DNA of 64,000 nucleotides from Eledone cirrhosa (lineage: Eukaryota), in contig OZ024754.1 of the NCBI GenBank assembly GCA_964016885.1, positions 31,124,001-31,188,000 on the forward strand, read 5' to 3'. Below are positions 28,128 to 40,792 of this stretch, piece by piece; position 1 is the stretch's first letter, and each line of letters starts with the position of its first letter. The notes under the pieces were generated by a model. That model did not search any database. It was given only the letters and a program-made list of their open reading frames with translations, and was not told the DNA's origin. The position numbers and the translations under genes are program-made.

Positions 28128-28579
28128 CTTTTAAGTTGTGAGATAGACTGGTTATCTACGCACGTGGCTGACACTATATTGTTATATAATGGATGATCGC
28201 ATTTAATGTCCGTTAAAGGTTCTTGGCACTACCATTGTTACCATCGCTTTCCTCTAGCCATGGGGCTTGGAGACATGAACCGAATGCTACCATTCTATTT
28301 TATATCAATGTGAACTGCTATTTCTAATAGCCATCTTTTCACCCCTTGATAATTTGTGTGTGAGACACGTTGGCTGAGAGCTTCTGACGGGAACTAATAG
28401 ATTGATTCTTTTTAGCTTCCCGTCCCCACATAAAATTTGTAACTCAGTGGCTAGTTGAGAGATAGAGTCCTATCGGTTGCCAGTTAATCGCTTTACCGTG
28501 TTGGTTGTCACAAACAGTCATGACCGGCATGGGCCGGTGTTTGGATTATGTCGATCGATTGGTTATTGATTAGGCGATA

Positions 28580-28689
28580 CCCGCTGATGAAACCGTATAA
28601 GCCGATTGTGCATTGTTGCATAATATATGCAGACAGATGGTGCAGTGCACCTTACTGATGCATTAGTGCGGCAGAAACTCGAGTCCGGG
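28580..28689 (+). ncRNA. Type I hammerhead with ~83-nt stem II domain
   Basis: CCCG-CTGATGA-(83 nt)-GAAA-CTCGAG-TC-CGGG: stem I CCCG/CGGG, palindromic stem III, GUC site. It lies in a ~700-bp segment flanked by (TA)n. Confidence 0.75.
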
Positions 28690-28837
28690 AACCTTATAGG
28701 CACCCGTTTCACGTGTGTTGTGTTGAGGCAAATAACTATGTGTATACTCTGGTAATGTATCTTACATTGCCCAATGAGTGCGCTGAGATATAACCGGTAC
28801 TGGCATTGATAAATATGCTGGGTCCGTCAACCCTTAT

Positions 28838-28878
<41 letters not shown>

Positions 28879-29255
28879 TCGGAGAATAAAATTCACTATT
28901 TTGTTCTTTCTTGTTAAATGTACATTGATTTGTATTTTGTTAAATTCTCTCTCTATAAATCTATTTTCTCATAATATCATTCTTTAGTTTATGGCAAAGG
29001 TTAGAATATTTGTGCCTGATGTGATTTCCCAATGTTATATAAACACCCTCATACACAAATATACAGACACACACATAAATACATCTACCTACACATACGT
29101 ACACAAAAGAAAATCAAGAATTTACTCATAGAATTTATTTGCTTTGCTTTATTTAATGTTTGAAAGCCTAAGGAAAAAGCAGGCAAACTTTGATGCTATT
29201 ATATATAGTTTGATAAGTATCCTGGCATTATATATATTTTTCAGAATCTAGCATG

Positions 29256-29289
<34 letters not shown>

Positions 29290-29293
29290 CATG

Positions 29294-29337
<44 letters not shown>

Positions 29338-29401
29338 TATATATATATATAGCATGCTATATATATATGCTATATATATATATATATATATATAAAGCAT
29401 G

Positions 29402-29458
<57 letters not shown>

Positions 29459-29591
29459 ATATATATATATATATATGTATATTTATATATGTATATATAT
29501 ATATATATATGTATATTTATATATATACATATATATCTATAAATATATATATGTACATTATATACATACATATATATACATATATACATAT

Positions 29592-29696
<105 letters not shown>

Positions 29697-29730
29697 TCTC
29701 GTACATTTATATATGTATATATATATATAC

Positions 29731-29761
<31 letters not shown>

Positions 29762-29991
29762 CATATATACATAAGCCAATATTTTTACCGACTGTATCCA
29801 AGAAAACCTGCTTCCCATTCAAATATAATTTTTATGCTATCAGCATAATATTGACATGAAGATTACAAACTTATTTTATGTAATAATGCAGCGTCACTAT
29901 CTTTATTTATATAATAAATAACACACCAAATAGTATCAATATATATAAATATATATATATATTATATGTATGTATGCATGTATATGATATA

Positions 29992-30024
<33 letters not shown>

Positions 30025-30158
30025 CATATACATATATCATATACATGCATACATATATATTAATATGTATATATATATATATATATATATAACCCATGCT
30101 AGCGTGGAAAATGGACGTTAAACGAAGATGATGATGATATATATATATATATATATGC

Positions 30159-30207
<49 letters not shown>

Positions 30208-30376
30208 TATGTATATATATATATATTTATATATATACATATATATACATCATCATCATCACCGTTTTACGCCCGTTCTTCCACGCTAGCATATATAAAT
30301 ATATATATATATATTTATATATATGTATATATATATATATGTATTTATATATATAAATGTATAAATATATATATGC

Positions 30377-30412
<36 letters not shown>

Positions 30413-30485
30413 TTATATATATTTATATATATATATATGTATTTATATATATATATATGTATTTATATATATAAATGTATATATC

Positions 30486-30535
<50 letters not shown>

Positions 30536-30784
30536 TATAATCATCATCATTATTCAACGTCCGGTTTAGCTGCTATCAATAAGTGATGATGAGGATGAAG
30601 ATGATGGTGATGATGGTGATGATGGTGTATATATGTGTGTATATATAAATGATATTACATCTTAGCAGCTAAAAACTAAACAATACCTTCCCAGAAGCCA
30701 ATGGATCCTGAAATGAGATATCATTAAATTAAACACATGAAATTGGTTTTCAGATTTGTATGTAAGAAAAAAATACTGTGGGTG

Positions 30785-30822
<38 letters not shown>

Positions 30823-31082
30823 TATTACTAGTGTACCCATGTTGTCAAAAGTGATATTAGTTTTTATATATATATATATATAAATGGAAAAAATGAAACG
30901 AAATTTTATTTCTCATTCTTAGTACGGCTGTTACTTCAATATATGTTTACAAGCAAACCGACCATTATAATAAATGTTTGGTAAAACCCATACGTACATA
31001 TATATATATATATGTGTGCATGTATGTATATATATACATACTACTATACGTCTGTATACATATATGTATGTACGTATACATA

Positions 31083-31180
<98 letters not shown>

Positions 31181-31460
31181 TACACAAAATCTGTGAATAA
31201 AATTTCTGTCTTGACTTTTTTTTAAATTGAGATTGAATTATTTTCCCATATCTTACGTTAAATATTTTCCATCTTGACGTAATAGTCACTTATATGTCTG
31301 AATTACTGTTAGCTTCTTGCTCACATTAATTTCTCTATTTTCATTTATATATATATATATATATATATATAACCAAAGATTAATATAGTTCATTGATTAC
31401 TCAAATCATATATTTTGTCTGATGAGGACGTACTGAAAAAACAACACAGTACCTTTGAAA

Positions 31461-31801
31461 TCATCATTCATCATTTCATTTTACGTCCACTTTTCCCTGC
31501 TTGCAAGGGTGGGACGGGAACTGATTCTGGCTTGATTTCTACAGCTGGATGCCCTTCCTAACACCAACCTCATTTACAGTGAGTGCTGGGTGCTTTTTTG
31601 CCGTGGCACCTCCACGACCACTTTGCAGTGGAATGATAGGGACCCCAGTCCCTATCATCTCATTTCTACAGCTGAGTAAACTGGAGCAATGTGAAATAAA
31701 GTGTCTTGCTCAAGGAAACAACACATCACCCGGTCTGAGAATTGAACTCACAACCTTTCGATTGCAAGGCCAATGCTCTAACCACTAAGCCATGTGCCTT
31801 C
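31461..31801 (-). mobile_element. Full-length SINE family A copy inserted into an H1 hammerhead
   Basis: Left flank TATTTTGT-CTGATGA..GAAA; right flank TATATATA-ATAAAGTA. Confidence 0.9.
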
Positions 31802-32235
31802 TATATATATAATAAAGTATATATTTTGATTATGAGAATATTTTTCATTTGTTAATATTTTGAATAATATCATCATCATTTCATTTCATCATCACTTCAT
31901 TTTACGTCCACTTTTCCCTGCTTGCAAGGTATGTGATGTATATTATATGGTATATATCATGTGTTGTGTATGATGTCGATGCAATGGTCCAGGTTAGTCA
32001 AATTTTTATCTTGAGTTCAGTATTTTTCGTCGCTATGGTCACTGCGGCCCGTCTATCGGTCGCTGTCTTCAATTTGCAAAGCTGTCTAAACGTAATGTTA
32101 TAACTCTAGGGTAATATACCCTATTGAGTGCTTAGCTGCACACTGAGATTGCATTCGTTAGCTTGGCTGCAACCAGAGCTTCGATGATGCTGTACTAAAT
32201 TTTGTATATAGATATATATATATATATATATATAG

Positions 32236-32350
32236 GGTGGGTAAAATTCCCGAGATCCATAGACAAATTCTTTCCAGCGGTCTCTGTCCCTCATCGCCAC
32301 CATGTCCTGTATCTCCAAGGGACCTGTGTCTGTCCTTTGGGCATCAACAT
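32236..32350 (-). mobile_element. RTE-like LINE 3' tip from a different family
   Basis: Translates as RTDTGPLEIQDMVAMRDRDRWKEFV, resembling RTE ORF ends. Confidence 0.5.
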
Positions 32351-32371
32351 ATATATATATATGTGTGTGTA

Positions 32372-32412
<41 letters not shown>

Positions 32413-32761
32413 TTTTTCCTCAGCTGCGACCTGTCTGTTTCTTTCTTACTGCTTCCCCTCTCTCTGTATCTCTCACCTTCTTTTTACCCCCTCTGCCAGT
32501 CACACTCTCTCTCAGCTGGCCTCTTCCTCACACTTCCACTCACTCACTCTCTGCTTCTCCCCCTCTCTCACTTCTTCCCGTTTGACCTGTGTGAAATCTT
32601 TTTCTCGCTCACATCTCACCCAGGTCGGATGGTCTGAATCTCTCGTCCATGATTTCACCAAGCTTAAGCTTACAGATATCATGTACTTGTCTCTTCCTAT
32701 CTTTCCGTTGCAATATCATCGTTGTTTGTTTACATGTCTCGCTCACTTCACCCTATTTTAC

Positions 32762-32866
32762 TTGTCCCAATAACTTTATTTAGTTATTGCTCGCACCAAC
32801 CAGAGGTATATGATTTTTAAAGCAATGAAATACCAATGAAGGTTGGAAGATCACTGATGAGGGACT
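32762..32866 (+). ncRNA. Candidate strand-permuted hammerhead-like RNA, copy A
   Basis: GGTA-TA-TGATTTT, then AGCAAT-GAAA-TACC, then AAGATCA-CTGATGA-GGGAC. Helices covary with the copy at 40668-40771. Confidence 0.55.
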
Positions 32867-32929
32867 AATTTTATTCATATGTAACCCATGTGTAACCACG
32901 CAGCACTCCATTTTTCTTATATATATATA

Positions 32930-33510
32930 TCATCATCATCGTTTTACGTCCGTTCTTCCACGCTAGCATAGGTTAGACGGGTTTTCCTGTTGTGGGCAGT
33001 GTCTGGTCGGCTGACCATGCCTTGCTCATACAGGAACTGATTTGGCTTGATTTCTACAGCTGGATGCCCTTCCTAACACCAACCTCATTTACAGTGAGTG
33101 CTGGGTGCTTTTTCGTGGCGCCTACACGTCCACTTTACAGTGTGGGCTGGGTGCTTTTATGCCGTGGCACCTCCACGACCACCTTGCAGTGGGGGGGTGT
33201 GGGGGCATATTGTCTATATGCTTCAGCTTGTACCCATGGGAGGTCGGGTACTCTGTATTACTGCGTGATGCCAGAGGTCACGGTCGTGTGTCATCGCCTT
33301 TGAGAGGTGTAATTGGGTAAGGTCGGCTTTTATCACCTCATCCCAGGTCATATTGGGTCTCCCCACTCTGCGGTTTCCATCGACTTCTAGTACTCTGCAC
33401 CTTTTTATGCAGCTGTCATCCTTCATACGCATCACATGTCCATACCAACGCAACTGCCTCTCCTGCACACAGCATTTGATTCCTCTTATGCTCAGTCTCT
33501 CTCTCAGCAT
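32930..33510 (-). mobile_element. RTE ORF 3' end fused to a SINE-A/C-type body and RTE tail
   Basis: 33223-33510 encodes IRGIKCCVQERQLRWYGHVMRM. It is followed by the SINE-A subrepeats and the tail ..GGACGTAAAAC(GAT)n. Confidence 0.75.
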
Positions 33511-33869
33511 ATATATATATATATATATATATACATATTATATTATTTATTTATGTTCATACACGGAACAAAAGCAATACTTAAGTTTATATATTTTACA
33601 ACAGTTATATGTAAGGTATTTCCCTCCACAACCACCACCACCAGACGCTGCTCCCCCTCCCACAAAACATCACTACACCCTCTAGACCACCCTCCCCCAC
33701 AAGATCCAATCTAGCCATTAATTTCCTGTTGTGACCATATCACTATCAACACATCACTATAGCAACCAGTGACCATTGCTATATACACTGTTAGCCAACA
33801 GCTGTGGGTCAGTTTCTCACTTGACCATTACATTAAAAAAATAAATTGTATATCTAGCAACTGATAGCT

Positions 33870-34195
33870 GAAGGCGATTGGCAACTGGCAACTAATGGCA
33901 ACCTCTGAAAACTACAGGCAACTACTGTTAACTACAGGCAATTACTGGCCATTATTGGCAACCACTGGCAACCACTAGCAACAACAGACATGTGCTAGCC
34001 ACTACTGGCAACTACAGGCTATTACTGGTAACTACAAGCAATTACTGATATCTACAGGTCACCCCTGGCAACTACTAGCAACCACTGGCCACTACAGGTA
34101 ACCACTGGCAATTATAGGAAACTGCTGGCCACTACTGGCAACCACTGGCAACTACTAGCAAGTACTGGCAACTACTGGCAACCACTGGCAATTGA
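33870..34195. repeat. Degenerate 10-bp repeat (ACTACTGGCA)n
   Basis: Seen directly in the sequence. Confidence 0.8.
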
Positions 34196-34524
34196 CTATG
34201 GTATCCAGACATCTTTAGCAGACTTAAGACTACAGAAGGCCCATCATAGACCCCAGCTCCCAAACATGCCCTATTATCACTATTTCAATATATATATTTG
34301 CAGCAATTAATTTTAGCAGAAAATAGTTCCATCATCATAATCTTCATCATTATTTAACATCTGCTTTTTCATGATTGCATGGGTTGGACAGGTCTTCTCT
34401 AGTACAGCCAGCCTCTACATGTGTTCATCACCTCAGTGAGGTTTAGTATTTTGAGATTAGCTCTTACTACTTCTTCTCCAGTCTTCCTCAGTCTACAATC
34501 ATCTATCTGACAGACTGATAGATA

Positions 34525-36882
34525 TGTTTCTTTTATTTGCCACCAGGGCATCAAAAGTGGGACAAGTACAATGGGGGGAGTTTACAAAACAAGGCGTCCT
34601 CAATAAGGAGGAGGCAATAACAAAATATAAAAATAAAATAAAATATAACAGAATAAAATTTATAACAAAATCCTCAATAGAGAGGAGGCGCCTTGGGGGG
34701 TCGCACACACCCCTGAAAAAAAGTGCGCAACCCTTTTCCTCAGGAGCACAGAGAAGGGTGCTCCCTTGGTCTTTCATCTTCCTCACCTATAGTCTGATGT
34801 AGAGTGAAGGCCTATTCACACGGGCCATTCTCGCCACTTTCACCCATCTTTCATAAAAACGGCTGGGGTGCAGCATCTCTCTCTCCATCCTGATCCTTCT
34901 TCCGAAATGATATCGGAAGAAACGGACCAGTTGTTAGCCAGAGAGAAAGGTGTCTGACCTCAGTCCTTTCAGACGCGTCCACCATACAACCTCTTTCGCC
35001 ATGGCTATTACGCACAGAAACACCGCCTCTCCTTCGTTTTTGAAGAAGGGAGGCGGCTTGATCGTTACAATAGACTCGGTGGTCAACCGGATCGGTCCCA
35101 CCCTTGACAGCAGTTGTTCAACATAGCCCCACAGATCGGCAATGCCCGAGCAGTGTACCAATGCGTGTGCAACGGTTTCCTCGTCGTACACGCATCTGGG
35201 GTAGATCTTTTTCGAGGGGTCCCTACCCGGGCGCCCATCTCTGTAGAGCCTTTCTCGAACGGGCAAAGCCCCTCGGTAGCACTGCCAGGCCAGGGGCCTC
35301 TGGAAGTTATCCATGGGTCCTGGGCTGAATGTCCTACCGAACAGGTTGGCCAGTTCGTCTTCCGCCATGCCTAGGGCTTCTCCGAGGGCGTCGTCGCACC
35401 TGCTAACCACCAGCCCTCTATAGAATGATGAGGTGGATTCTCCACTGACAGCCGGGTCCGCCTGCCAGAGAGCCGTGAGCGCCTGGGCACACTCGGTGTG
35501 CCAGGCGCCCAGTTTTCTCGGTCTTTGCTTGACCCAGGATTGCAGCTCGGTGAGTGAGACATGTCTGGGAAAGGCTCGCCTCACAAACGGGGCCCACACC
35601 GGTTGATCGGTGAGGAATACCTGGAGGTGCCGTAGCCTTAATGCGTGTTTACGTATCATTAGCCACGGCATTCCCAGCCCTCCTTTCGAAGGGTGTTAAC
35701 AGCAGATGGATCTCCTCACCATAGGAGCCCGCTTCTTCCAAAGGAATTGGAAGAGTGCGCGCTCCATTTTGGCGAGCGTTTCCCTTGGGCAAGGCACAAC
35801 GGTCAGGCGTTAGTAGATGACGGACGCTATATAAGTGTTCGCCACCTCCGCCCGACCTTTCAGGGACAGTTTGCACTCAGCCCACTTCTGGGTCAGTGCA
35901 AGCACCCTGTTCGTTACCTCACCCCAGTTCTTCTCCACCTGGAGGTCTGGTCCGAACCAGACCCCGAGCAACTTCACCGGGCCCTCCGTCCAGCACCCGA
36001 CGACGCCTTCGGAGGGCATCGATCTGCCCCGCCACGTGCCGAGTTGCAGACCGATCGACTTGTCCCGGTTCAGCTTAGCCCCTGTAAACCTTTTGTACTC
36101 CTCCAGTAAGGTGCCGATCGCCCCGATTTCCGAGGCCGCCGATACCATTACTGTTACGTCATCAGCGTAGGCCGACACCGCTTTCCGCAATACCGGTTCC
36201 AACGGGATGCCCTGCAACAACTCCAACTTCCGTAGCAGTGGCTCTAGAGTCATTACATACAGAAGGGAGGAGAGAGGGCACCCTTGTCGGATGGACCGCG
36301 CGATTTCGAACGGCTCCGAGAGGTAGCCGTTAACCTTGACCCTAGAGCAGATGCGGCTGCTGTGCATGGCATCGATCCAGCCCCTGAAAACGGGTCCGAA
36401 GCCTGCCGCCGCTAGCACCACATCCAGGTAACCATGGTCAACCCTATTGAACGCCTTAGATTGATCCAAGTTGATCAGGGCCCCACCAAAGCCGGGTTCA
36501 TTCCCAACCCTCTCTATGATGTATCGCATGAGGTGGAGGTTGTCGTGGATGGACCTGGACGGGATAGCACATGTCTGCGCATCTCCCATCAGGTTGCCCA
36601 CGACAAGCGCCAACCTCTTTGCTAGCACCTTGGCCAAAATCTGTAACTCTGTATTTAGCAGAGTTATGGGCCTGAAATTATTTATATCGTCCCCCTTGTT
36701 CTCGTCCTTCCTCACTAGCGTGACTATGCCCTTGGTCACAGCACAAGGAATTCTCCCGTTCTGTTGCCAGTTGCAATAGACCGCCTCGAGGAGATCGGGG
36801 AACAAGTCCGGCATAGCTAGATAAAGTTTGTATGAAAGACCATCGAGACCCGGGGATTTGCGTTTGCCGCATTGGCTCAGCA
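34525..36882 (-). mobile_element. 5'-truncated L1/Tx1-like LINE (RT plus C-terminal Cys/His region), disrupted
   Basis: Motifs KSPGLDG, NFRPITLLN, LDQSKAFNRVDH, RQGCPLS, AYADDV, KLLGVWF and YPRCVYDEETVAHALVHC. The ORF ends at 34787 and has frameshifts and stops. The 3' UTR carries AATAAAAG. More GC-rich than its flanks. Confidence 0.9.
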
Positions 36883-37294
36883 GGTAGATAGATAGGTAGA
36901 TAAATGAATGGATGAGTGGATGGAAACATACATTGATACATATATACATACACACACATATACACACATACATACACACATACACACATACACACATACA
37001 TACACACATACATACATACACACATACATGCATACATACATACAAACACACACACACACATATACATATATACACACATAAATACATACGTACATACATA
37101 TATACATACATACATACAAATACACACACACAGGCTCACACATGCACACATACATACATACATACACACACACAAACACATACATACCAAAAATGTTCCC
37201 CCCTCCATATTAAGAAAGGCTAGGAAAAGCTTTTCTTGTCCCTGCCCCTCCAACTAAGGTCAACTTTACTCATCTTCCTAAATCTCACCCTGAT

Positions 37295-40140
37295 GCCCAC
37301 CCCACCATACCACACTACACTACACTCCAACACATTACACCACATTACACTCCACCACACCCCACCATACCACACTACACTACACTCCAACACATTACAC
37401 CTCATTACACTCCACCCCACCACACCACACTACACCACACCACACTACACCACACCACACTCCACCACATTACACCACATTACACTCCACCACACCCCAC
37501 CATACCACACTACACTACACTCCAACACATTACACCTCATTACACTCCACCCCACCACACCACACTACACCACACCACACTACACCACACCACACTCCAC
37601 CACATTACACCACATTACACTCCACCACACCCCACCATACCACACTACACTACACTCCACCACATTACACCACATTACACTCCACCACACCCCACCATAC
37701 CACACTACACTACACTCCAACACATTACACCTCATTACACTCCACCCCACCACACCACACTACACCACACCACACTACACCACACCACACTCCACCACAT
37801 TACACCACATTACACTCCACCACACCCCACCATACCACACTACACTACACTCCACCACATTACACCTCATTACACTGCACCCCACCACACCACACTACAC
37901 TACACCACACCACACTCCACCACATTACACCACATTACACTCCACCCCACCCCACCACACCACACCACACTACACTCCAACACACCACACTCCACACTCC
38001 AGCACACTGCACTGCACCACACCACACCACACTCTACCACACCACACCACAACACACTCCACCACACCACACTCCACCACACCACACCACACTACACTGC
38101 ACCACACTCCACACCACGACACCACACCATACTACACTCCAACACACCACACTCCACACTCCAGCACACTGCACTGCACCACACCACACTACACTGCACC
38201 ACACTACACCCCACCATAACACACCACACTACACCGCACCACACTCTACTACAATGCACCGCACCACACCACAGTCGACCACATCACACCACATCACACC
38301 ACACTACCCCACACTAACCACACCGCACTGCACCACACTACACCACACTACACCATACCACACCACACCACACCATACCGCACCACATTGCACCACACCA
38401 TGTCACATCACACTCCACCACACCACACTACACCACACCATACCACACCACACCACACCACACTCCACCACACTCCACCACACTACACTCCACACTACAT
38501 GTTTATAGTTAACAATTCAGTTCTTCCTGCTGTTTAAATCACCCCTCCACCAAAATCCCACCAACACCACCACCACCACCATCACCACCATACCACCACC
38601 ATCACCACCATACCTCCACCACCACCATCACCACAACCAGCACCACCACCATACCACCACCACCACCATCACCACCATACCACCACCACCAATACCACCA
38701 CCACCACCATACCACCACCACAACCATCACCACCATACCACCACCACCACCATCACCACCACCACCACCATACCACCACCACCAATACCACCACCACCAC
38801 CATACCTCCACCACCACCATCACCACAACCAGCACCACCACCATACCACCACCACCACCATCACCACCATACCACCACCACCAATACCACCACCACCACC
38901 ATACCACCACCACAACCATCACCACCATACCACCACCACCATCACCACCACCATACCACCACCATACCACCACCACCAATACCACCACCACCACCATACC
39001 ACCACCACAACCATCACCACCATACCACCACCACCATCACCACCACCATACCACCACCATACCACCACCACCAATACCACCACCACCACCATACCACCAC
39101 CACAACCATCACCACCATACCACCACCACCATCACCACCATACCACAACCACCACCATCAGCACCACCAGCACCACCACCATACCACCACCATACCACCA
39201 CCACCATACCACCACCACCAATACCACCACCACCACCATACCACCACCACAACCATCACCACCATACCACCACCACCACCATCACCACCACCACCACCAT
39301 ACCACCACCACCACCATCACCACCATACCACCACCACCAATACCACCACCACCACCATACCACCACCACAACCATCACCACCATACCACCACCACCATCA
39401 CCACCATACCACAACCACCACCATCAGCACCACCAGCACCACCACCATACCACCACCATACCACCACCACCATACCACCACCACCAATACCACCACCACC
39501 ACCATACCACCACCACAACCATCACCACCATACCACCACCACCATCACCACCACCACCACCATATCACCACCACCACCACCACCACCACCATCACCATAC
39601 CACCACCACCATCAACACCAACACCACCACCACCATACCACCACCACCACCATACCACCACCACCACCACCATACCACCACCACCACCATCACCACCACC
39701 ACCACCATACCACCACCACCACCACCACCACCACCATCACCATACCACCACCACCACCAACACCAACACCACCACCACCATACCACCACCACAACCATCA
39801 CCACCACCACCACCACCACCATCACCACCACCACCACCATACCACCACCACCACCACCACCACCACCATCACCATACCACCACCACCACCAACACCAACA
39901 CCACCACCACCATACCACCACCACCACCATACCACCACCACCACCACCACCACCATCACCACCACTACCACAACCACCACCACCACCACCAATACCACAA
40001 CCACCACCAACACCAACACCACCACCACCATACCACCACCACCACCACCACCACCACCACCACCACCACCATACCACCACCACCACCACCACCACCACCA
40101 CCATACCACCACTACCACCATCCACCACCGCCGCCACCAT
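37295..40140. repeat. Pentameric (CACAC/TACAC)n tract followed by a (CAC)n/(CAT) tract
   Basis: Seen directly: 37295-38500 and 38555-40140. Confidence 0.95.
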
Positions 40141-40429
40141 ATAAACCCTACTGTAAGTGCAACAAGTCCACTGAGGTCACCATCTCTCCTGGAGTGCTGA
40201 AATTAAGATAAGAAGACAAGTGTGTTCATGTTATTAACTGACAGCACCTCCCCTTCCACCTCCCCACCTCCCTCTCTCTCTCCCTCTCTCCCTCTCTTCC
40301 CCTCTCTCTCTCTCTCTCCCTCCCCACACACGTGCTTTTCATGAACATGCACTGCAGGACTCGCACACATTATATTTAGATACACACAACACACACTCAC
40401 AAATAAATATGGATTTATATTCAACCATG

Positions 40430-40565
<136 letters not shown>

Positions 40566-40667
40566 TTATATGATAATAATGGAGCTGCGGCGCTGCAAAT
40601 GGGTTACATATCACTTTCTGCTGCTTAAACCATTTTGTCTGTTTACCCTAGCGTCCCCTTTATTTAC

Positions 40668-40771
40668 GTGTCCCAACGACTTTTTTTAGCCGTTGCTCGC
40701 ACCAACCTGAGGTATATGGTCTTTAATGCGACGAAAAGCCTACGACGGTTGGAAGGCCACTGATGAGGACA
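40668..40771 (+). ncRNA. Candidate strand-permuted hammerhead-like RNA, copy B
   Basis: AGGTA-TA-TGGTCTT, then GCGAC-GAAA-AGCCT, then AAGGCCA-CTGATGA-GGACA. Confidence 0.55.
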
Positions 40772-40792
40772 AACTTTTTCATATATATATAT

